The notes under the pieces: model-generated | What the model was told of the DNA's origin: nothing | Databases searched by the model: none | Seen by the model: the letters and a program-made list of their open reading frames with translations, nothing else | Shown: positions 55,107 to 64,000 of the stretch, in pieces | Numbering within the stretch: the stretch's first letter is position 1 | Layout: each line of letters opens with the position of its first letter | Program-made: the position numbers and the translations under genes | NCBI GenBank assembly: GCA_051251855.1 | Contig: JBPOGI010000002.1 | Coordinates: 544,001 to 608,000, forward strand | Source of the DNA: Roseibacillus sp. | Lineage (GTDB): Bacteria; Verrucomicrobiota; Verrucomicrobiia; Verrucomicrobiales; Akkermansiaceae | Direction of reading: 5' to 3' | DNA length: 64,000 bases

Positions 55107-57815
55107 CTACAAAATCGGTTCTAATTTCTCTTCGAGCTTTCGAGCCGCCTCATCGGACAAGGGACGGTTGTTCTCGTCGAGGATGTAGAAGGCATCTAGT
55201 GCCACCCCCTTTTCGGTGCAGATACGGGCGTGGGTGATGGAGTGATTGGCGTCTTCGATGGTTCCAAGAATGTCGTGGAGGAGTGCCAGGCGGTCGATGG
55301 CTTGGACCTCGATGACGGTGTAGACGGGATCGATGTCGTTGCGCACCATGGCTCGGGTGGGAACGGTGAAATCGGTGATGGGCCCTTCGTCGAGGTAGTT
55401 CTTGGGCTTTTCGAGATACTTGGCGGGGTCGTAGCCTTCTTTGCTGGAGAGTTCGTAGAGAGTGGTGACGAAGGAGAGTTGATGAATCTTGTCGGAGACT
55501 GCTTCTTCGTCGGAGGTGGTGACGCGGAAAAGGTCGAGCACGGTGCCGTCTTCGCGAGTGTAGACGTCTGCGGAGAGAATGCTGATTTCATGAGCAGCCA
55601 AAGCGGCAGAGATTCGGCGCAGAAGGCCCGGGCTGTTTTCGGCGGCGATGATTAGTTCGCTGTAACCGTCTTTGGGATGCTCGATCCAGCGTACTGCGCA
55701 TTCGAAGTCGGAGTCGGGACGTCTCTTGCGACGTTCGCGGTATTGTCCGATGGCGCGCAGGTGGTGGCGAATGGAGCGGGCGGTTCGGAAGCGGAAGTAG
55801 CGCTTCGGCATTTGCTCAAAGTGACCGTCGATAAGGTCGGTATAGCGCTGGGTGAGGCGGGCGCCGACTTTTTCGCGAAGCTTCTCCAATTCTTTGCGGG
55901 CAGCCGCATCGTATTCGGCCTCTCCCTTGGTGAGGAAGGAGCGGGTGGCGCGGTAGAGTTGGAGCATGAGGGTTTCTTTCCAACTCGACCATGCTTCTTC
56001 GTTGGTGCCGTTCGCGTCGGCAAAGGTGAACAGTAGGAGTGAGTCCAAGTTGTGCTTGGTCTTCATCTGGGCCGCAAAGTCTCCGATGACTTCAGGGTCG
56101 GAAAGGTCCTTGCGAGTGGCGATGGAAAAGAGAGAAAGGTGCTGGTCGACGAGGAAAATAATGAGCTTGCGACGTTCTCCTTGGACAACGAGTCGGCGAC
56201 AGACTCGGTCGGTGAGAATGGCGGAGCCATCAATATGTTCTTCTACTCCCATCGCCCGGCCTGAGTCGTGCATGATGAGGGCGAGATACATGGCATAGGG
56301 ATCCTCGTGGTTGATGAGGAGGTCGCGGTAAATAGTTTGGGTCGGATCCTTGGAGTCGATGAGGGCGTCCATCTGGTCGATGCAGCGCAGAGTGTGTTCA
56401 TCGGCGGTATAGCGATGAAAGAACTCGTGCTGAACGAGGAACTCCATCTTTCCGAATTCGGGAAGAAAGAGTCCGAGAACTCCTACGCGATGCATCATGC
56501 GCAAGGGAGTTCCCACCTTTCCCTTTTGGCTTAGAATGAATTGGAAAGTGTCGCGGTTGGTCTTGGCGTTTCGGAAGGATTGGTCAATGAGGTGGCGGTG
56601 GGCCTTGATTAATTTTCGAAGGTCGGGAGAGGGAGAAAGGTCGAACTTTTGGCAGAGCCTGAACAGGGCCAGGAGGTTGGATGGCTCGTCGATGAAGACG
56701 GTGGGGGATTTGGAAAAGAGGCGTCCTTCTTGCGCGTAGAAGAAGTCGAAGGTGCGGTCAGGTTTGGTTTCGGTGGGCTTACCGAAAATATTTTTGGGGT
56801 GAATCTTTCCTTCCAGCTCCGCGATTTCGAAGATGGTTTCGGTGTGCTGCCGGATGCGTCGAGCATTGCGATAGTAGTCGCGCATGAGTGCTTCGATACG
56901 CTTGAGCAGATTGCGGCTGGGGTAGCCGAAAAAGTTGGCGACAGGACCTTGGCGGCGAAGAGTGAGAACATCGGCATTGGCTCCCTCACGATAGTGTAAG
57001 TCGTTGCGAACCCGGATGAGGAACTCGAAGCCCTCCTTCATTTCTTCGGCGGCATTTTTCGAAAGGATGCCTTTTTTTCGCAGTTCATCTAAATCGCGGG
57101 TTTGGAAGAGTGCGTCAGAGATCCAAAGTAGGTTGTGGTAGTCGCGGAGAGCTCCCGGGGATTCTTTGACGTTGGGTTCTTGGAGAAAGACGGTGTCGGA
57201 ATAAGAGTTGTAACGGTCGGCGAGGTCCTGGCGCCGGTCTTCGAGGAAAGCGTCGAGCTTCTTCTCAATGACTTCTTTCCGAAAGCGTGCTTGGAAGGAC
57301 TCGAAGAGTGCTTTGTCGCCGATCAGAAGGCGGGAGTCGAAGAGGGTGGTGCGCGTGTGAGAATCGTTTTGGCCTTCGAAGACACATTCCTTAATCGAAC
57401 GACAGGCCTGCCCCACTTTGAAGCCCAAGTCCCACAGCGGGTAGAGGACGGCGTCGATAAAGGCTTTCTCAGATTTCCCGAGTTTTGGCGCTGCTTTTGG
57501 CAGTAGAAAAAGGAGGTCGAGGTCGGAGCCTGGATTGAGATAGCCGCGGCCATAGCCACCGTTAGCCACGAGGGTGATCTTGTGCGAGGGGCCTTGCAGT
57601 TCTGCCATCTCGAAGAGGCGAGTCATGAGGTGGTCGATTTGTCCGGCTCGGCTGGCAGCGTTGTCGAGTCCGCTTTGTCCGCCTTCATGTTCTTCTTCGA
57701 GGACGCTATTGGAGCTCTTGAGGAACTCCTTGAGGGTGGTGAGACGTTCTTTAGGAGAAAGGTCAGCAAGCGCTTGCGCTTCGGGCAGGAAAGGGAGGGC
57801 GGAGGCAATCTTCAC
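55107..57815 (-). CDS. glnD: [Protein-PII] uridylyltransferase / uridylyl-removing enzyme
   Basis: GGYGRG.L.PGSDLDL, EPNVKESPGALRD, HRYTADEH, MHDSG (HD domain), two C-terminal ACT domains. Confidence 0.93.
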   Translation of the reverse strand: MKIASALPFLPEAQALADLSPKERLTTLKEFLKSSNSVLEEEHEGGQSGLDNAASRAGQIDHLMTRLFEMAELQGPSHKITLVANGGYGRGYLNPGSDLDLLFLLPKAAPKLGKSEKAFIDAVLYPLWDLGFKVGQACRSIKECVFEGQNDSHTRTTLFDSRLLIGDKALFESFQARFRKEVIEKKLDAFLEDRRQDLADRYNSYSDTVFLQEPNVKESPGALRDYHNLLWISDALFQTRDLDELRKKGILSKNAAEEMKEGFEFLIRVRNDLHYREGANADVLTLRRQGPVANFFGYPSRNLLKRIEALMRDYYRNARRIRQHTETIFEIAELEGKIHPKNIFGKPTETKPDRTFDFFYAQEGRLFSKSPTVFIDEPSNLLALFRLCQKFDLSPSPDLRKLIKAHRHLIDQSFRNAKTNRDTFQFILSQKGKVGTPLRMMHRVGVLGLFLPEFGKMEFLVQHEFFHRYTADEHTLRCIDQMDALIDSKDPTQTIYRDLLINHEDPYAMYLALIMHDSGRAMGVEEHIDGSAILTDRVCRRLVVQGERRKLIIFLVDQHLSLFSIATRKDLSDPEVIGDFAAQMKTKHNLDSLLLFTFADANGTNEEAWSSWKETLMLQLYRATRSFLTKGEAEYDAAARKELEKLREKVGARLTQRYTDLIDGHFEQMPKRYFRFRTARSIRHHLRAIGQYRERRKRRPDSDFECAVRWIEHPKDGYSELIIAAENSPGLLRRISAALAAHEISILSADVYTREDGTVLDLFRVTTSDEEAVSDKIHQLSFVTTLYELSSKEGYDPAKYLEKPKNYLDEGPITDFTVPTRAMVRNDIDPVYTVIEVQAIDRLALLHDILGTIEDANHSITHARICTEKGVALDAFYILDENNRPLSDEAARKLEEKLEPIL

Positions 57816-57835
57816 GGATGGATTTTGAGAGTCTG

Positions 57836-58525
57836 TTAGAAAGAAACGGCGAGCCAGATTCCGGCAAAGGCTTCGTCTGTGGCTTCGGAGTGTATCCCCA
57901 GCGAGTATCCGGCAAAAGGGGTGAGAGAGAGAAAGGAGTTTACGTTGTAGGTGAGGGAGAGTCGGCCATAGAAGTCGTTCATTCCACTACGTTCATAGTA
58001 GCTACTGACTGCGCTGATTCCGGACTCAGCCGAGAGGAAGAGGTCCTCGGTGAGGGGATGGGACCAACCGCCTTCGAGCGCGAAGTAAGCCCCTTCGGCC
58101 CCGAAGTCGTAGTGAGCCTTTGCTGCGAAGTCCCAGTCGTCATTGATGAACCATTGCGCTTTCGCTCCCAAGTCGATGCCGTCTTGGAAGAGGCTTTCGG
58201 AAAAGAGATGGTAGTCGAGAGAGGCGGTGAGGCTGAAGTCCTCGAAGTCACGCCGGAGGCTGATTCCGAAGGCGGTTTCGGCGAAGTCGTCACTGGACTC
58301 GGCGACATGCCAAGCGGCCAAACCAAGGAAGTAGTCTTCGCTGAGAGTAATTTCGGTCTCGGCCTGGGCTTCCAAAGTGGAATCGGCGAGCTGGAATCCT
58401 CTGTAGAGGTAGTTGGAGCGCAGTCCGGTGACCGTTTCGATGCCTAGGGTCAGATCTTCTTCGACCTCGGAAAAAACCGAGAGGGTTGCGATGAAAAAAA
58501 TGAAGCTAGCAGCGCGAATGGGCAC
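57836..58525 (-). CDS. Putative outer-membrane beta-barrel (TorF/Gcw_chp-like porin)
   Basis: Signal peptide, SNYLYRG motif, alternating beta pattern, C-terminal Phe. Start uncertain (GTG 58525). Confidence 0.65.
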   Translation of the reverse strand: MPIRAASFIFFIATLSVFSEVEEDLTLGIETVTGLRSNYLYRGFQLADSTLEAQAETEITLSEDYFLGLAAWHVAESSDDFAETAFGISLRRDFEDFSLTASLDYHLFSESLFQDGIDLGAKAQWFINDDWDFAAKAHYDFGAEGAYFALEGGWSHPLTEDLFLSAESGISAVSSYYERSGMNDFYGRLSLTYNVNSFLSLTPFAGYSLGIHSEATDEAFAGIWLAVSF

Positions 58526-58686
58526 GGCGAAAGCATGGAAAGAATGGGGAGTCAGGTCAATGAAGGCTTCTGAAACAACTGTCCTCGTCGAAATGAGTGA
58601 TGATACGGGGTGAGTGTGTTGGGAGAATTTACTATTCAAGGTCCGATGTCTTATTGATTTCTAACAGAACCGAATTTCTCTTCGCG

Positions 58687-60834
<2,148 letters not shown>

Positions 60835-60843
60835 AACAAGTTT

Positions 60844-60881
60844 CCCGCTCTGGTTTCACGCGAAGCCAGAGCGGGCTTTTT
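60844..60881 (+). terminator. Hairpin/terminator between dnaK and groES
   Basis: cccgctctggttt...agccagagcggg-cttttt. Confidence 0.7.
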
Positions 60882-60912
60882 AAACCAAACAAACAACTAA
60901 GAAACTAAAAAC

Positions 60913-61206
60913 ATGGCTAGCATTAAACCGCTTGGAGCCCGAGTGCTTGTGAAGCGCTTGGAAGCTGATGAAGTGTCTGCAGGAGGAATCGTTCTTCCTG
61001 ACAGCGCAAAGGAAAAGCCCCAGGAGGCCGAGGTGGTCTCTCTCGGAACGGGTGGCAAAGACGACAACGGAAACGACATTACTTTCACCGTTAAGGTGGG
61101 GGATAAGGTGCTCATTTCCAAGTATGGCGGAACTGACGTGAAAGTGAACGGGGACGACCTCCTCATCCTTTCCGAGTCCGATATCCTCGGCGTTGTCGAA
61201 GACTAA
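60913..61206 (+). CDS. groES: Co-chaperonin GroES
   Basis: IKPLGARVLV, GGIVLPDSAKEKPQ, KVGDKVL, SKYGGT. Confidence 0.98.
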   Translation: MASIKPLGARVLVKRLEADEVSAGGIVLPDSAKEKPQEAEVVSLGTGGKDDNGNDITFTVKVGDKVLISKYGGTDVKVNGDDLLILSESDILGVVED

Positions 61207-61237
61207 TTACTAACAATCTAGTAGAAGAATAAATTAT

Positions 61238-62863
61238 ATGTCAGGCAAACAATTAGAATTTGACGAAAAAGCACGCCAAGCACTCCTCCGCGGTGTGGAG
61301 AAGTTGGCTCGCGCAGTAAAAGCGACTCTTGGGCCCTCCGGTCGTAACGTGATTCTCGACAAGAAGTTCGGTTCTCCGACTGTCACCAAGGATGGTGTCT
61401 CAGTCGCTAAGGAAATCGAACTCGACGATCCTTACGAAAACATGGGCGCCCAGCTCATTAAAGAGGTCTCTTCCAAGACTTCCGACATCGCTGGTGACGG
61501 AACCACTACTGCAACTGTCCTTGCTGAAGCCATCTACCGTGAAGGCCTTCGCAACGTGACTGCAGGAGCGAATCCAATCAGCCTCCAGCGTGGTATTCAA
61601 AAGGCTGCCGAAGCTATCGTTGCTCAACTCGCTGAAATCTCGAAAGAGGTTTCCGACAGCAAGGAAATCGCTCAGGTGGCGACTGTTTCTGCAAACTGGG
61701 ACGCCGAGATTGGCAACATCATTGCGGAAGCAATGGACAAGGTTGGCAAAGACGGAACCATCACTGTGGAAGAAGCCAAAGGCATCGACACTACTCTCGA
61801 CGTTGTTGAGGGTATGCAGTTCGACAAGGGTTACCTTTCTCCTTACTTCGCGACTGATAACGAGACTATGGAGTGCAAGCTCGATAACGCTTATATCCTC
61901 ATCCACGAAAAGAAGATTTCTTCTTTGAAGGACATGCTTCCTCTTCTTGAGAAAGTGGCCAAGACGAGCCGCCCTCTCCTCATCATTGCTGAGGACGTGG
62001 AAGGTGAAGCACTTGCTACACTTGTAGTGAACAAGCTTCGTGGCACTCTTAACATTGCTGCTGTGAAGGCTCCAGGCTTCGGCGATCGTCGTAAGGCGAT
62101 GCTCGAAGACCTCGCCATCCTTACTGGTGGACGTTGTATCACCGAAGACCTTGGACTTAAACTTGAGAATCTCGAGTTGGACGACCTCGGCGAAGCGAAG
62201 AGCATTTCCATCACCAAGGAAGCGACTACAATTGTTGAAGGTAACGGAACGAGCGATGCCATCACTGGCCGTGTGAATCAAATCCGTAAGCAAATCGAAG
62301 ACACCTCTTCTGACTACGACCGCGAGAAGCTTCAAGAGCGTCTTGCTAAGTTGGCTGGTGGAGTTGCCGTCATCAATGTCGGTGCTGCTACCGAGACTGA
62401 GATGAAAGAGAAGAAGGCTCGCGTTGAGGATGCTCTTCACGCGACTCGCGCTGCTGTCGAAGAGGGTATCGTCCCCGGAGGTGGTACCGCTCTCATCCGT
62501 GCCCACAGCCAAATCGGCGACCTTGGTCTCAAGGGCGACGAGGCGACTGGTGCTGGAATCGTAGCGAAGGCTATCGAAGCCCCTCTCCGTCAGCTTTCTG
62601 CGAATGCAGGACTCGAAGGCGCGCTCATCGTTGAGCAAGTCAAAGGACGCAAAGGAAACGAAGGTTACAACGTCGCCACTGGCGAATACGAAGACCTCGT
62701 GAAAGCTGGTGTAGTTGACCCGACAAAGGTCACTCGCAGCGCCCTCCAGAACGCTTCTTCTATCTCAGGTCTGATGCTCACCACTGAGTGTCTCATCACT
62801 GATATTCCCGAGCCTGATGCTGCTGCTCCCGCTGGTCACGACCACGGTGGTATGGACTTCTAA
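61238..62863 (+). CDS. groEL: Chaperonin GroEL
   Basis: [40 protein letters not shown]. Confidence 0.99.
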   Translation: MSGKQLEFDEKARQALLRGVEKLARAVKATLGPSGRNVILDKKFGSPTVTKDGVSVAKEIELDDPYENMGAQLIKEVSSKTSDIAGDGTTTATVLAEAIYREGLRNVTAGANPISLQRGIQKAAEAIVAQLAEISKEVSDSKEIAQVATVSANWDAEIGNIIAEAMDKVGKDGTITVEEAKGIDTTLDVVEGMQFDKGYLSPYFATDNETMECKLDNAYILIHEKKISSLKDMLPLLEKVAKTSRPLLIIAEDVEGEALATLVVNKLRGTLNIAAVKAPGFGDRRKAMLEDLAILTGGRCITEDLGLKLENLELDDLGEAKSISITKEATTIVEGNGTSDAITGRVNQIRKQIEDTSSDYDREKLQERLAKLAGGVAVINVGAATETEMKEKKARVEDALHATRAAVEEGIVPGGGTALIRAHSQIGDLGLKGDEATGAGIVAKAIEAPLRQLSANAGLEGALIVEQVKGRKGNEGYNVATGEYEDLVKAGVVDPTKVTRSALQNASSISGLMLTTECLITDIPEPDAAAPAGHDHGGMDF

Positions 62864-62889
62864 GTTCGCGATTTCACAGAAATCATTTC

Positions 62890-62918
62890 AAAGCCGATCC
62901 GCAAGGGTCGGCTTTTTT
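62890..62918 (+). terminator. Intrinsic terminator of groEL
   Basis: aaagccgatcc-gcaa-gggtcggc-tttttt. Confidence 0.85.
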
Positions 62919-62966
62919 CGTGGAGCGCTAGGAGGCCTGGCGGGGTGCGACGAAGAATAGGAGGGG

Positions 62967-63518
62967 TCACACGGGAACAACACCGCAGTCGGTGGCGAGG
63001 AAGGTCATGGGGCGATCGTGGGCTTCGCTGGGAATGTGGTGCTGAAGTTGGCAGCTGTAGCCAACACCAATGGTGGGGGTCGTGGGGATTTCCTTGAGAA
63101 ATCGATCGTAGTATCCCTTGCCTTGGCCCAGACGATTTCCTTGGAGGTCGAAGGCGAGGGCTGGCACCAATATCAGATCAAGGTCCTCTGCCGTCACTGG
63201 GGGATGGACTTGAGGGTTGGGTTCTCGAATACCAAAGGCCCCATTTTTGAGGGTTGAAGGGTTAGTGACAAGATGGAATGCCATTTCTTCCTGACTCAGA
63301 ACGACAGGATAGAAAAACTGTCGGTCTGGGAGTAAGGTGTTTAGCAGGGAGAGGTTAGGTTCGTGAGGTAAGGCTGAAAAAGTGCCGATGCGACGGGCGT
63401 TGCTAAAATGACGAGTGAGATAGTCTGCGAGCTTGTGCATCAAAGTGGCGGTATGATTTCTTTGCTCCTCTACAGTGAGGCATTCCAAGCTCGAACGTGC
63501 AATTTTTCGGAGACTCAT
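62967..63518 (-). CDS. 5-formyltetrahydrofolate cyclo-ligase
   Basis: FGIREP, DLILVPALAFD..GNRLGQGKGYYDRFL, EAHD. Start about 63518. Confidence 0.92.
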   Translation of the reverse strand: MSLRKIARSSLECLTVEEQRNHTATLMHKLADYLTRHFSNARRIGTFSALPHEPNLSLLNTLLPDRQFFYPVVLSQEEMAFHLVTNPSTLKNGAFGIREPNPQVHPPVTAEDLDLILVPALAFDLQGNRLGQGKGYYDRFLKEIPTTPTIGVGYSCQLQHHIPSEAHDRPMTFLATDCGVVPV

Positions 63519-63588
63519 CTTGGAGTCAGATGGGGAATTTTTCACGTTGTCACTTGGCGGGGGGGGCATAGTGCTTCACTATATATTC

Positions 63589-64000
63589 ATGACTCGCGTT
63601 CTTCGGCAAGCCCTCTTCTTTGTATCGCTGGCATTATCGTGTTTGGCAGAACCGCTGCCCGATTCTGATGCATCAACGAAGTTGAATTATGAGACCTTAG
63701 AGGTTCAGAAAAGCCTCTTTGGAGACTTCTCGATGTTACTTCAAGAGCGTGATGATTACGCGACCACTTTGACTCGTTTTGCTCTGGAAAATGCACACAA
63801 CGCCCCCGGTGACAAAGAGAACATGAGTGGGGTTCGGAGGCTGATTGCGCTGGCGCTGCATCTTTCTCCGCGTAATCGAACCGCTGTGGTTTCCAACCAC
63901 CAGTTGGGGAAGGGGCTCTTGCCAGAGCAAAAGGAGGGGGATTACTCGCGAGCGGTCTTTGCACGTTTGTTGCTCACGCGGGGTCGACTTCTGAAAAAGC
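63589..64000 (+). CDS. Secreted hypothetical protein (3'-partial; not in ORF track)
   Basis: Open frame from ATG 63589 to the window end: MTRVLRQALFFVSLALSCLAEP...RRLIALALHLSPRNRTAVV. Confidence 0.7.
   Translation, partial: MTRVLRQALFFVSLALSCLAEPLPDSDASTKLNYETLEVQKSLFGDFSMLLQERDDYATTLTRFALENAHNAPGDKENMSGVRRLIALALHLSPRNRTAVVSNHQLGKGLLPEQKEGDYSRAVFARLLLTRGRLLKK

Noticed and set aside
63519..63588. Possible 6S RNA upstream of 5-formyl-THF cyclo-ligase
   Set aside because: Only about 70 bp before a divergent CDS, so there is no room for a roughly 180-nt RNA.

Overview
This is core chromosome of a Verrucomicrobiota bacterium, most likely Verrucomicrobiaceae/Akkermansiaceae-like (inferred from the dnaK-groES-groEL order, the DUF1501/PPC proteins and typical verrucomicrobial secreted-protein domains). 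It has about 50 CDSs, mostly housekeeping and envelope genes: rimO, nadB, a D-lactate dehydrogenase, mqo, yaaA, glgB, rpsO-pnp, a PBP1A, ribBA, pdhC, galM, glnD and dnaK-groES-groEL. There are two tRNAs (Lys-TTT, Leu-TAG). I see no CRISPR array, prophage, integrase or transposase, and no clearly new multi-gene system. The best leads are: (1) a metallo-beta-lactamase nuclease fused to an ATP-dependent DNA ligase; (2) a membrane pseudokinase (K->R, HRD->HGN) upstream of an isolated eboE-eboC pair; (3) a stand-alone, degenerate secretin-like protein, plus a 'Y-x-x-(E/Q)-SS...F-x-RV' module shared by two secreted proteins; (4) a 165-bp MITE with 37-bp TIRs, several REP-like families (one with covarying stems) and 10-bp-period intergenic repeats; (5) sigma54-type promoters before dnaK, glgB and an M15 peptidase, and signs of widespread leaderless transcription. 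All functional calls come from motif recognition by eye; no searches were run.
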